Assembly (NCBI GenBank): GCA_965223665.1
Contig: OZ245011.1
Coordinates: 64,001 to 128,000 of the forward strand
Origin: Nitrospinaceae bacterium
Lineage (GTDB): Bacteria > Nitrospinota > Nitrospinia > Nitrospinales > Nitrospinaceae
DNA: 64,000 bases
Reading direction: 5' to 3'
Positions 19,565 through 32,400 of this stretch are shown here, piece after piece. The notes below the pieces were generated by a model. It made no database searches. It worked only from the letters and a program-made list of their open reading frames with translations, and had not been told where the DNA came from. Positions within the stretch are counted from its first letter, which is position 1. Each line of letters begins with the position of its first letter. The translations under genes and the position numbers were made by a program.

Positions 19565-20050
19565 ACCTTGGTCTTGCTCGTTTAAAAAGGGTGTAAGATT
19601 TGGCTCAATTTCCCATTTTTTCCCATTGTAATACCAATGTTGTTTGTGAACTTTTGTGCGGAGTCGATTGTCTGGAAGCATTACATACCGATATCTTAAA
19701 GTAATTACTACTTGGTTAAAATCTATTTTTGGATTTGGCTTGCCTTCATTGATATCTACAATTTCACCATCCATCAAATAAGTTTGGTCCAATGGCTGGC
19801 TTCCAAAAAAAGATATTTTTTCGATCAGATTCAGATAAGTCATGAGGTAATCAGAGCGCATTTCTTTTTTAACAAAGGTAGCTCCACCAGTTTCGGATTT
19901 CCTTTCAAATGCACTATTGTAAACTCTTGTGGCTTCACTAAATTGTTCCAAACGTTTTTTTGGCAGGTTGGAGCAACCCATTCCTACCATTAATAATGTT
20001 GAAAGGGCAATAAAAAGATTTAAACCTACATTGTGTTTGTAATGTCTCAT
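19559..20050 (-). CDS. Hypothetical lipoprotein
   Basis: Basic N-terminus, hydrophobic core and lipobox-like GMG-C; no family recognised. Confidence 0.6.
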   Translation of the reverse strand: MRHYKHNVGLNLFIALSTLLMVGMGCSNLPKKRLEQFSEATRVYNSAFERKSETGGATFVKKEMRSDYLMTYLNLIEKISFFGSQPLDQTYLMDGEIVDINEGKPNPKIDFNQVVITLRYRYVMLPDNRLRTKVHKQHWYYNGKKWEIEPNLTPFLNEQDQGS

Positions 20051-20180
20051 GGATGGACCTCATGTGGTAAGATTGCTTTGAAACTAAAAAAATATAGCGA
20101 GGAAAATACTCTTCATATAAAAAGTATAAAAGCTACTTTGGTTTGGAGCAAGAGAAGTTGCAAAAAAAAGGAAATGACTA

Positions 20181-21011
20181 TTGATAAAAAAAACCAATTC
20201 TCAAAGAAGAAGAATTCAGAAAAAGCCAAGAAAACCTAGAGATTCAAGATCTAAAAAGCCCAAGGTTGCGCTATGGGATCAAGCTGCTCGCTGGTATGAC
20301 GCATTGGTTGGAGATCAAGGAAGTGATTATCATAGGTCAATAGTCATGCCTAATGCCTTTAAACTGATGAATTTAAAAAAGGGAAGTCGTGTATTAGATT
20401 TAGCTTGTGGGCAGGGAGTATTTTCCCGTTTTCTTTATCAGAGGGGATTGCGCGTAGTAGGTTTAGATATTTCTGAAGAATTAATTCGCTTTGCTGAGAA
20501 AAGATCCGATCCTGGTATCAAATTTTGTGTGGGAGATGCCCAGAAAAAATCCACTTTAGAAAATGAAAAGTTTGATGGAATTGTTTGTTTGCTGGCTATG
20601 CAAAATATCGAGTCTTTGGAAGGTGTATTAAAAAATGTGAAGAAATGGTTAAAGTCGGCTGGTATGTTTGTTATGGTTGTTACTCATCCTTGTTTTAGAA
20701 TTCCTCGACAAACACATTGGGGCTGGGATGAGGAAAAAAAGATTCAATATCGACGTGTTGATATGTATTCTCAGGAAACAGCAATTCCAATTTTAACTCC
20801 ACCGTTTGCGACGTCTTCTATTTATACTTTAACTTATCATAGGCCCTTAGAAAGTTATTTCTCTAATTTGGCCAGAGCAGGATTTGCAGTTGATTCCCTT
20901 GAAGAGTGGGTATCCGAGAAAAAAAGTCAACCGGGAAAACGGGCTAAAGCAGAAAACAGAGCTCGAAATGAAATTCCTTTGTTTTTAGCATTGCGGTCAA
21001 TAGTGAAATAA
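20181..21011 (+). CDS. Class I SAM-dependent methyltransferase
   Basis: VLDLACGQG, GLDIS, HPCF; Lys/Arg-rich N-terminal tail; start uncertain. Confidence 0.85.
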   Translation: MIKKTNSQRRRIQKKPRKPRDSRSKKPKVALWDQAARWYDALVGDQGSDYHRSIVMPNAFKLMNLKKGSRVLDLACGQGVFSRFLYQRGLRVVGLDISEELIRFAEKRSDPGIKFCVGDAQKKSTLENEKFDGIVCLLAMQNIESLEGVLKNVKKWLKSAGMFVMVVTHPCFRIPRQTHWGWDEEKKIQYRRVDMYSQETAIPILTPPFATSSIYTLTYHRPLESYFSNLARAGFAVDSLEEWVSEKKSQPGKRAKAENRARNEIPLFLALRSIVK

Positions 21012-21066
21012 TTTCTTTATAGTAAAGCGGAGAAATTTAGAAATAGCTTATTATAAAAGGTAAAAA

Positions 21067-21459
21067 ATGAGAAGAAACCGAAGTTATACATATGAATTGG
21101 TAGAGCAAAGTTTGTTATTGTCTAAAGTGAAAAGCTATTTAAAGGAACTGGGGGACAATTGGAAGGTTATCAGGGATTGTATGCCAATGGGGCATGTCGA
21201 GTATAAACCGATTCGAAATAATCCGATGCGATCTGGTTACCAGTTTCAATACCGTCCCGCAGGACTTAACTTGAACTTATATTTTCCTGAAAAACAATTC
21301 AATCTATTATTGGAAGAACTAAATGAAGATAAACTTCTGAAACTGAAAGCAACTTTTCAAAGAGCCATTCCTGAGCGTTCGGGTTATATAATTAATGAAT
21401 TTAAGATAAGAGGAATTTTGGATGAACCATTATCTGGAGAAAAAAAGGATGAAACGTGA
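21067..21459 (+). CDS. Hypothetical protein
   Basis: 130-aa ORF with AAAGG SD that fills the gap between genes; no motif recognised. Confidence 0.6.
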   Translation: MRRNRSYTYELVEQSLLLSKVKSYLKELGDNWKVIRDCMPMGHVEYKPIRNNPMRSGYQFQYRPAGLNLNLYFPEKQFNLLLEELNEDKLLKLKATFQRAIPERSGYIINEFKIRGILDEPLSGEKKDET

Positions 21460-21477
21460 TTTTTTCATTATTATTAA

Positions 21478-24328
<2,851 letters not shown>

Positions 24329-24345
24329 TAAAGTTCTCCAATATA

Positions 24346-25554
24346 TTAAGAGTTCGTAAATTCCTTTTGGGTTAAAGTTTCTTCCAAAGCTTTAATCAGT
24401 AAATCAATTTCCTTCTTAGAAACAATTAAGGGTGGAATAAAGCGTAAAGTATTTGGGACAACACTATTTACCAGGAATCCCTTTTTTAATAGAATCTGGG
24501 CTGCTTTTAATGAAGAGCCTTTAATGTCGATGCCTATTATAAGGCCTTTCCCACGCACTTCCTCAATTGAAGGAATTTCCTTTGCTAACCCAACCAATTT
24601 TTTATAGAAATATTCTCCATTTTTTGCTGCCCTTGGTAAAAAGGTTTTTTCCGAAATGACTTCTAAAGATGCCAAAGCAGCAGCACAGACTAAAGGGTTT
24701 CCCCCAAAGGTGGAGCCATGGGTTCCGGGTACAAATGTCTTTGCGATTCGATTAGTGGTCACCATAGCACCAATGGGAACACCGCCACCCAAACCTTTTG
24801 CCAAAGTCATTATGTCTGGTTTAATCCCAAATCCCTGATATGCAAATAATGTTCCCGTTCTACCGAATCCGGTTTGAATTTCATCTATAATAAGAAGAAT
24901 ATTTTTTTCAGTGCAAAGTTTTCGAACTTCTTTTAAATAATTTTTGCCAGGTACGATGACTCCGGTTTCTCCTTGAATGGGCTCAAGCATGATTGCGCAA
25001 GTTTTGGATGAAATCTCTTTTTTTAAAGCCCCTACATCATCAAAGGGAACATTCTTGAAGCCTTTCAACATTGGGCCAAACCCTATCTGCATTTTTTTTT
25101 GGGGGGTTGCACTCAGAGAGCCATAAGTGCGCCCATGAAAAGAACGATTGGTGGTAATAATTTCATATTTATTTTTAAAACCCTGATCAAAATAAAATCG
25201 TCGAGCAATTTTTATTGCTGCTTCAATAGCTTCAGTTCCACTATTACAGAAAAATACTTTATTCCCAAAGCTTAATCGTGAAAGTTCCCGGGCCAATCGA
25301 GATTGTTGAGGAATATGAAACCAGTTTGAAACATGAATTAATTGTTTAGCTTGATTTTGAATGGATTTAACTATTTTAGGATGGCAATGACCTAAATTGT
25401 CTACAGCAACTCCGGCTACAAAATCTAAATATTTATTTCCTGATTGATCCCAAACTTGCATTCCTTTTCCTTTGACTAAAGCAATGGGATAGCGGCCATA
25501 ATTTTGAGTCACATATTTTTTGGTAATATTAATTATATTTTGATTGTTTTCCAT
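24346..25554 (-). CDS. argD: Acetylornithine aminotransferase
   Basis: YLDFVAG, FCNSGTEA, SFHGRT, EPIQGE, DEIQTGFGRTG, TLAKGLGGG, HGSTFGGN. Confidence 0.92.
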   Translation of the reverse strand: MENNQNIINITKKYVTQNYGRYPIALVKGKGMQVWDQSGNKYLDFVAGVAVDNLGHCHPKIVKSIQNQAKQLIHVSNWFHIPQQSRLARELSRLSFGNKVFFCNSGTEAIEAAIKIARRFYFDQGFKNKYEIITTNRSFHGRTYGSLSATPQKKMQIGFGPMLKGFKNVPFDDVGALKKEISSKTCAIMLEPIQGETGVIVPGKNYLKEVRKLCTEKNILLIIDEIQTGFGRTGTLFAYQGFGIKPDIMTLAKGLGGGVPIGAMVTTNRIAKTFVPGTHGSTFGGNPLVCAAALASLEVISEKTFLPRAAKNGEYFYKKLVGLAKEIPSIEEVRGKGLIIGIDIKGSSLKAAQILLKKGFLVNSVVPNTLRFIPPLIVSKKEIDLLIKALEETLTQKEFTNS

Positions 25555-25601
25555 GTTTGGGGTAATTTCAGGGTTTTAAGTTTGATAATTTCCAATGAAT
25601 T

Positions 25602-25622
25602 GAAACTTTATCATAAAGTTTC
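25602..25622. promoter_or_regulatory. Perfect 21-bp palindrome (candidate operator) between divergent argD and comF
   Basis: GAAACTTTAT-C-ATAAAGTTTC; overlaps a putative minus-strand -10 (TATGAT) for argD. Confidence 0.5.
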
Positions 25623-25657
25623 CCGAAAGATAAAACAAATCCATTTGATTAGTTTTC

Positions 25658-26389
25658 ATGTTGAATTCCCTGATTAAAAAAACTAAAGATTTGTTATTTC
25701 CAGTTTCTTGTGTTGGTTGTGGGATGGATCGAAAAGGTCATGGTGAGTGCTTGTGTTCACTATGTCATAAAGGAATTCGATGTATTGAAAATCCGCTTTG
25801 TTATGTTTGTGGCTATCCTATAGATTTAGATTATAAAGTGGATGAAAATAAAATGAGGTGCGGATGGTGCCGTAAGGAAACATTTAGTTTTGATCAAGCC
25901 AGATCATTCGGATTTTATGAGTCAATTTTAAAGGAAACAATTCATTTTTATAAATATAATTTTCAATTGGGTGCTTTAAGAGACATAGAAGATCTGCTTA
26001 AAAAATATTTTCAATTTAGAATTTCTACTTATTCCACATTAAAAGTGATTCCTGTTCCACTCCACGTTAATAAGTTATATTCTCGTGGCTTTGACCAGTC
26101 CTATTTATTGGCCAAAAGTGTTGCAAGAATATTGCATATTCCATTTTTGGGGGTCCCAGTGGTTAGGATTAAAGATACGCCTCCCCAGGTTAAGATTAAA
26201 AGAAAAGAAAGAATGAGAAACATAAAAGGTGCTTTTAAAATTGAAAATTCAGATGCAATAAAAAATAAAGACCTTTTAATAGTAGATGATGTTTTTACTA
26301 CAGGTTCCACCACCAATGAACTGGCAAAAACTCTTAAAAAGAATGGAGCCGGAAAAGTTTATGTTTTTACTTTAGCACGGGCACTATAA
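25658..26389 (+). CDS. comF: ComF family phosphoribosyltransferase-like protein
   Basis: N-terminal CxxC zinc-finger motifs, PVPLH, RGFDQ, LIVDDVFTTGST, LARA. Confidence 0.9.
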   Translation: MLNSLIKKTKDLLFPVSCVGCGMDRKGHGECLCSLCHKGIRCIENPLCYVCGYPIDLDYKVDENKMRCGWCRKETFSFDQARSFGFYESILKETIHFYKYNFQLGALRDIEDLLKKYFQFRISTYSTLKVIPVPLHVNKLYSRGFDQSYLLAKSVARILHIPFLGVPVVRIKDTPPQVKIKRKERMRNIKGAFKIENSDAIKNKDLLIVDDVFTTGSTTNELAKTLKKNGAGKVYVFTLARAL

Positions 26390-26428
26390 AGTTTAGGTAA
26401 GATTTGATAGGTCAATTAGAATTTTGCA

Positions 26429-27763
26429 TTATCTCAAACTGCCTGTAACCAGCCACCATGAAATAATACTAGCTGCATATCCAAGGGCTATTGTCCAAGA
26501 CCATTTTAAATGCGACATAAAAGTATAGTTTTTCCTATCAACTCCCATGACCGCTACTCCTGCTGCCGAACCTACCGAAAGCAAACTTCCCCCAACTCCA
26601 GTGGTTAGCGTAATCAAAAGCCATTGATCTACACCCATGGAAGGATCCATTTTTAATACAGCAAACATTACCGGAATATTGTCTACAATTGCGGAAAGTA
26701 CACCTACACATATATTTGACCAGGTTGGCCCAATGGTTCCATAAAGAGATTCGCTGACAAGGGCAAGGTAACCTAAGTATTGTAATGCTCCAACAGCAGT
26801 AAGGACTCCAAAAAAGAAGAGTAGCGTATCAAACTCAACATTAGATATTTTTCTAAATATATCAAACTGTTGAGAAGATTCCTCCATATCGGGGTCTAAA
26901 TGAAGTTCTTCCAGTACGGGCCGATTTCCCCATCTTTTAAGGTAATAACCAAAGATCATTAAAACACCTAATCCCAGCATCATTCCTAAAAATGGTGGAA
27001 GATGTAAAAATTGATGGAAGCTTACCGCGGTTGCAATAGTTAAAATACCCATTCCTATTACTACCTTTGCTCCGGGTTTTAATTTAATGACCCCCGATTC
27101 GCTTTCAGGGTGTTCATCAGGGAGGAAAAAATACATTATCGCGGCAGGAATTAACCAATTGATTAAAGACGGAATCATTAAGTATGCAAATTGTAGAGTT
27201 TCAACTTTACCTGCTGTCCAAACCATTAGAGTGGTAATATCACCAAAAGGGCTCCAGGCTCCCCCCGCGTTTGCCGCAACAACAATATTTGTAAATGAAA
27301 GCACTATAAATCGAGAATGACCGCCACTTACCGCCAGTGCAACTGTGGACATTAACAAAGCACTCGTTAAATTATCCGCTAAAGGAGAGAGGAAAAAAGT
27401 AATGATTCCCGTTGCCCAAAATAAGGCGCGAAATCCCAAGCCTTTTCTTAAAAGCCAGGAACGAAGACAATTAAATACATTTCTTTCATCCAAAGTATTG
27501 ATATATGTCATGGCCGATAGAAGAAAGAAAAAGAGTTCACCGATTTCTGCAATTAATTCTTTGACAAATTCATGAGAATGACTTGGATCTCCAAGATGAG
27601 TGGATTCGTAAAAACCGATAAAAAACCACATTAAACAGCCGGCAAGAATTACGGGCTTGGATTTTCTCATGTGGATCTTTTCTTCGAGGACCACAAGAGT
27701 GTAAGCTAGGAAAAAGGCAACTATGGAGATGTAGCCGGCCCAGGAAGTTGTTAGCCCGTGCAT
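26429..27763 (-). CDS. nhaD: Na+/H+ antiporter NhaD
   Basis: RKSKP, SPLADNLT, ANAGGAWSPFGDITT, SAIVDNIP, GGSLLSVGSAAGV. Confidence 0.92.
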   Translation of the reverse strand: MHGLTTSWAGYISIVAFFLAYTLVVLEEKIHMRKSKPVILAGCLMWFFIGFYESTHLGDPSHSHEFVKELIAEIGELFFFLLSAMTYINTLDERNVFNCLRSWLLRKGLGFRALFWATGIITFFLSPLADNLTSALLMSTVALAVSGGHSRFIVLSFTNIVVAANAGGAWSPFGDITTLMVWTAGKVETLQFAYLMIPSLINWLIPAAIMYFFLPDEHPESESGVIKLKPGAKVVIGMGILTIATAVSFHQFLHLPPFLGMMLGLGVLMIFGYYLKRWGNRPVLEELHLDPDMEESSQQFDIFRKISNVEFDTLLFFFGVLTAVGALQYLGYLALVSESLYGTIGPTWSNICVGVLSAIVDNIPVMFAVLKMDPSMGVDQWLLITLTTGVGGSLLSVGSAAGVAVMGVDRKNYTFMSHLKWSWTIALGYAASIISWWLVTGSLR

Positions 27764-27999
27764 TCAGTACTCCCTAAAGTATAAAAACTGTGAATATCGG
27801 CAATCAAAATACGAATTTAGGTAAAAAAGGTCTTAGAGTAATAGTTAAAAGGAGAAAATTGAATTTGTCTACTAATTTAATAAAATCAATTATTTGGATG
27901 GCAATAATTTTAATTAAGATTCAATTTTTTCGGTATTTCAATTTATGTGAGAAAGCTTAAGTCTTGGAACATTATCTTTATAATTAAAAAAAATCAATA

Positions 28000-28042
28000 A
28001 ATTATCGGGATATAAATGAAAAACATTTATTTCCCGATAATT
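28000..28042. repeat. 19-bp-arm inverted repeat (one mismatch, 5-nt loop) in the nhaD/ispA divergent region
   Basis: AATTATCGGGA-T-ATAAATG AAAAA CATTTAT-T-TCCCGATAATT. Confidence 0.8.
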
Positions 28043-28193
28043 ATCTCAATTAAAATGGTCAATTTGCAAAAAAGATAACCATATAGAAATTGAAGACTGT
28101 AAGGTTTGTGTTTGTACCTCGACCAATAAATTTAAGGTGTTGATAACATTAAATAAATTAATAAGTTTGGGGATCGAAAGCGGGGAATTTTGA

Positions 28194-28221
28194 TTGACTG
28201 AGTTTTTTTCTATGCTAACAT
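28194..28221 (+). promoter_or_regulatory. Putative sigma70 promoter for ispA-dxs-hisBH
   Basis: TTGACT, 16 bp spacer, TAACAT with an extended -10 TG. Confidence 0.4.
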
Positions 28222-28292
28222 TAGTTTCGTGAGATTTTAGGGTATTTTGTTTTGATTTTTGTTAGCATTATTAGAGGATATAGTAAAAAAGT

Positions 28293-29183
28293 TTGCCAGC
28301 CAAAGAATATCTAGCCGAATGTAAGCGATTCATTGACGAGGCAATTCCACTCTATTTGCCGGAAAAAACGACATATCCTGAAAAAATTCATGAATCGATG
28401 CATTACAGTTTGTTTGCTGGGGGAAAGCGGTTACGGCCAAGCTTGTTAATTGCTTCAACCGAAGCGGTAGGTGGCCAGCGGGGTAAAGTTGTCCCTTTTG
28501 CGGTTGCTACAGAAATGCTGCATACTTACACGCTGATTCATGATGACCTTCCCGCTTTGGACAATGACAACTTTAGAAGAGGGAAACTTACTAATCATAA
28601 GGTCTTTGGGGAAGCGGTTGCTATCCTTTCCGGGGATGCATTATTGACCCAGGCCTTTGAGTTGATGACTAACCATTTTTTAATGGAAAGTATCCCTCCG
28701 AAAAGTGTTTTGCGAGCTTCCCATGAGATGGCAAAAGCCTTAGGATCTACCGGAGTTATTGGGGGACAAGTTGTAGATTTAGAATCAACGGGTCAAGAGA
28801 TTGATGCTTCTACTCTTGAATACATTCATATTTATAAAACAGGTTTTTTTTTCAAATCTTGTTTGAGAGCAGGGGCCATACTAAGTCAAGCTTCACGAGA
28901 ACAGCTCGATGCTTTGTCTCGTTTTGGAGCCCATATTGGGTTGGCATTTCAAATCATTGATGACATACTAGACATTGTTGGAGATAAAGAAAAGCTAGGA
29001 AAAGATATAGGTAGTGATATTGACAAAAATAAACCAACATATCCCGCAATGTTTGGGATGAACAAATCAAAGAAGATGGCTGAGGACTTAGTCAACCAGG
29101 CTAATGAATGTTTGGGTGATTTTGATCACTCTGCTGATCCTCTTCGAGAAATCGCCCGATTCTTTGTGGTACGAACCTTTTAG
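28293..29183 (+). CDS. ispA: Farnesyl diphosphate synthase / geranyltranstransferase
   Basis: GGKRLRP, LIHDDLPALDND..RRG, GDAL, GQVVD, KT, FQIIDDILD. Confidence 0.93.
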   Translation: MPAKEYLAECKRFIDEAIPLYLPEKTTYPEKIHESMHYSLFAGGKRLRPSLLIASTEAVGGQRGKVVPFAVATEMLHTYTLIHDDLPALDNDNFRRGKLTNHKVFGEAVAILSGDALLTQAFELMTNHFLMESIPPKSVLRASHEMAKALGSTGVIGGQVVDLESTGQEIDASTLEYIHIYKTGFFFKSCLRAGAILSQASREQLDALSRFGAHIGLAFQIIDDILDIVGDKEKLGKDIGSDIDKNKPTYPAMFGMNKSKKMAEDLVNQANECLGDFDHSADPLREIARFFVVRTF

Positions 29184-29195
29184 CTGGGCAATATT

Positions 29196-31196
29196 ATGAA
29201 AAAACTGCTGGATAGTATTAATAGTCCAAAAGATTTAAAAAAATTAAAGCCAGAGCAACTTCCTAAATTAGCGACCGAGATTCGGGACTGTTTGTTAAAT
29301 ACAATTTCAAAAACTGGTGGTCATTTGGGATCCAATTTGGGTGTAGTGGAGCTAACAATTGCACTTCATTATGTTTTTGACAGTCCAAAAGATAAGTTTG
29401 TTTGGGATGTTGGGCACCAGACATATGTGCACAAGTTGCTAACAGGTCGAAAAGATAAATTTGATACATTACGAAAATATGATGGTTTGAGCGGTTTTAC
29501 CAAGAGAGAGGAAAGTGAACATGATCACTGGAATTGTGGTCATGGGGGAACCTCAATTTCCGCGGCAATTGCGTTTGCAAAGGCTAGAGATTTAAAGAAA
29601 GAGGATCATGAAGTTTTAGCCGTAATTGGTGATGGTTCTATGACCGCTGGAATGGCTTTCGAGGGATTAAACCATACGGGGCACTTGAAAAGTAATATGG
29701 TTGTTGTCTTAAATGACAATGAAATGTCTATTTCTCCTAACGTTGGAGGGATGTCTTCTCATTTGAGCCAAATAATGACAGGTGAAGTTTTACGTAAAAT
29801 TAAAAAAGAAATTGATGAGTTGCTATTAGCCATACCCGGTGTGGGAAAGGAAATTTCTCGGTATGCTCATAAGCTGGATGAAGCAATAAAAGGTATTTTT
29901 ATTCCCGGTCGTTTATTTGAAGATTTGGGATTTCGTTACGTCGGACCCATTGACGGTCATAATATTGAAGACCTGATAGAAGCGTTTGAACCTTTAAAAG
30001 GTCCAAAACGGCCCACTTTGATTCATGTAGTGACTAGAAAGGGTAAGGGTTATAAGGTGGCGGAAGAAAAAGCTGAGGTGTGGCATGGTGCTTCTCCATT
30101 TGATATTAAGACAGGGACTTTTCTAAAAAAATCTTCATCAATACCTAACTATACTTCTGTTTTTGCCCAAGCTCTTATTGAATTGGCCAAGGAGGATGAA
30201 AAAATTATTGGAATCACTGCGGCTATGCCAACAGGAACAGGGATAAGTAAATTTGAAGAGGTTTTTCCCGATCGTACTTTTGATGTGGGAATGGCTGAAC
30301 AGCATGCAGTTGATTTTGCTGGAGGTTTGGCATTAGAAGGGTTTCTTCCAGTAGCTGCTATTTACTCTACATTTTTGCAAAGAGCTTACGATCAGGTGGT
30401 GCATGATATTTGTTTGATGAACATCCCCATTACCTTTGCTATGGACCGTGCAGGCATTGTTGGAGAAGATGGTGCTACTCACCAGGGTTTATACGATATC
30501 GCTTATCTAAGGACCCTCCCAAATATGGTGATAATGGCACCAAAGGATGAAAATGAATTGCGGCATATGCTAAAAACAGCCATTTACCATCCTGGTCCTG
30601 CGGCTATTCGTTATCCAAGAGGATCCGGTCTAGGGGTTTCTTTAGACCCTGAAATGAAAGAAATAGAAATTGGAAAGGGTGAAGTGGTTCGTGAAGGTAA
30701 AGATATAGTTTTAATTGCGTATGGGCATATGGTTCAGCCTGCTTTAGAAGCTGCAGAAAAATTAAAAGAATCTAATATTGACGCCACGGTCATCAATGCC
30801 CGGTTTGTAAAACCCCTTGATGAAGAACTGATTATGGCTCATGTGAATTCTACTAAATGTGTTGTTACTCTAGAGGAGCATTCGGTTCAAGGAGGTTTTG
30901 GATCGGCTGTTCTAGAATTGGTGCACCAACACGTAACTGACCAGCCTATTAATGTTAAATGTCTGGGCGTAGCAGATTTGGTAATTGAGCATGGTTCTCC
31001 CAATCTGGTTCGCAAGGATTTGGAATTGGATCTTGAAGGAATATTTAATTCCGTCCAAAAATTTTATTATTCTGTCAAAGGGCCTTTTGTTCAAGTGAAA
31101 TCACCTCGAAAAATCCATCAAGGAAATGGAAAACGGCCTGAAAAATTAAATCAACAAAAGGGTACTGAAGAGGTAAAACATTCAGTCAATGGATAG
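29196..31196 (+). CDS. dxs: 1-deoxy-D-xylulose-5-phosphate synthase
   Basis: GGHLGSNLG, WDVGHQ, GDGS..LNDN, AEQHA, YSTFLQRAYDQ, DRAG..DGATH, IRYPRG. Confidence 0.98.
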   Translation: MKKLLDSINSPKDLKKLKPEQLPKLATEIRDCLLNTISKTGGHLGSNLGVVELTIALHYVFDSPKDKFVWDVGHQTYVHKLLTGRKDKFDTLRKYDGLSGFTKREESEHDHWNCGHGGTSISAAIAFAKARDLKKEDHEVLAVIGDGSMTAGMAFEGLNHTGHLKSNMVVVLNDNEMSISPNVGGMSSHLSQIMTGEVLRKIKKEIDELLLAIPGVGKEISRYAHKLDEAIKGIFIPGRLFEDLGFRYVGPIDGHNIEDLIEAFEPLKGPKRPTLIHVVTRKGKGYKVAEEKAEVWHGASPFDIKTGTFLKKSSSIPNYTSVFAQALIELAKEDEKIIGITAAMPTGTGISKFEEVFPDRTFDVGMAEQHAVDFAGGLALEGFLPVAAIYSTFLQRAYDQVVHDICLMNIPITFAMDRAGIVGEDGATHQGLYDIAYLRTLPNMVIMAPKDENELRHMLKTAIYHPGPAAIRYPRGSGLGVSLDPEMKEIEIGKGEVVREGKDIVLIAYGHMVQPALEAAEKLKESNIDATVINARFVKPLDEELIMAHVNSTKCVVTLEEHSVQGGFGSAVLELVHQHVTDQPINVKCLGVADLVIEHGSPNLVRKDLELDLEGIFNSVQKFYYSVKGPFVQVKSPRKIHQGNGKRPEKLNQQKGTEEVKHSVNG

Positions 31197-31779
31197 ATGC
31201 TCACAGATTAAGCGCGCCACTCGTGAAACTGATATCGAAATCAATATAGTATTGGATGGATCGGGGAAGAGCGACATTCAGACTCCTGTGCCATTCCTCA
31301 GCCATATGCTGGATCAAATTGCCCGTCATGGTTACTTTGACTTAGTGGTTAGAGCCCAAGGTGATACGGAAATTGATTTTCATCATACTGTTGAGGACAT
31401 TGGGATTACATTAGGTATGGCTTTTGAAAAAGCTTTGGGGGATAAAAAAGGAATTTGCCGGTTTGGCAGTGCCAGAGTTCCTTTGAACGAAGCACTCTCA
31501 AATGTCACTGTAGATGTTTGTGGGCGTTCTTATTTTGTCTTTAATATAGACCTTCCTCGTGCAAAATTAGGGGAATTTGATGTGGAATTAGTGCCTGAAT
31601 TTTTTCAAGCCTTTTCGGCTAATAGTGGTACTACATTACATATTGATGCTCCTTATTGGACCAACCTCCACCATGTGACCGAAGCCTCATTTAAAGCGTT
31701 TGCAAGAGCTTTAGACCAAGCTAGTTCACTTGACCCTCGTTCGGACTCAGTTCCTTCCACGAAGGGTTCATTAGGATGA
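31189..31779 (+). CDS. hisB: Imidazoleglycerol-phosphate dehydratase
   Basis: RATRETDI, DFHHTVED, NLHHVTEA, PSTKG. Confidence 0.96.
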   Translation: MDRCSQIKRATRETDIEINIVLDGSGKSDIQTPVPFLSHMLDQIARHGYFDLVVRAQGDTEIDFHHTVEDIGITLGMAFEKALGDKKGICRFGSARVPLNEALSNVTVDVCGRSYFVFNIDLPRAKLGEFDVELVPEFFQAFSANSGTTLHIDAPYWTNLHHVTEASFKAFARALDQASSLDPRSDSVPSTKGSLG

Positions 31780-32390
31780 TTGCTATCATTGACTATGGAA
31801 TGGGCAATCTACGCTCCGTTCAAAAAGCGTTTGAAGCCGTAGGTGCCCAAGCCAAAATTACCAACGATACCCAGTCTATATTAGATGCTTGTTCCGTTGT
31901 GTTGCCAGGAGTGGGTGCTTTTAAAGATTGTATGGATAATCTCGTTCGTTTTGACTTGGTAGATGTAATTCATTCTTCTATTAAAAGTGGAAAACCCTTT
32001 TTGGGAATTTGCTTAGGTTTGCAACTATTGTTCGAGCAAAGTAATGAGTTTGGGAATGTCCCTGGGTTAGGTATATTCCCTGGACAAGTAGAACGGTTTC
32101 ACTTTAAAGAAAATTCAGAATTAAAAATTCCACACATGGGTTGGAATACGGTCAATATTCAAAAGAAAGCGCCTCTTTTTAATGGGATTGATTCTTCATC
32201 TTATTTTTATTTTGTCCATTCCTATTTTGTAAAACCGGAGGATCCAGACATTGTGGCCACCACAACCTGTTATGGCGAAGAATTTGTTTCCGGCATTCAA
32301 TTTGAGAATATTTATGCCTTCCAATTTCACCCTGAAAAAAGCCAAAGTTTGGGTTTAAATATTCTGAAAAACTTTTCCCAACTAAATTAA
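31776..32390 (+). CDS. hisH: Imidazole glycerol phosphate synthase, glutaminase subunit
   Basis: IDYGMGN, LPGVG, GICLG, PHMGWN, YFVHSY, QFHPEKS. Confidence 0.97.
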   Translation: MIAIIDYGMGNLRSVQKAFEAVGAQAKITNDTQSILDACSVVLPGVGAFKDCMDNLVRFDLVDVIHSSIKSGKPFLGICLGLQLLFEQSNEFGNVPGLGIFPGQVERFHFKENSELKIPHMGWNTVNIQKKAPLFNGIDSSSYFYFVHSYFVKPEDPDIVATTTCYGEEFVSGIQFENIYAFQFHPEKSQSLGLNILKNFSQLN

Positions 32391-32400
32391 AATTTAAAAA

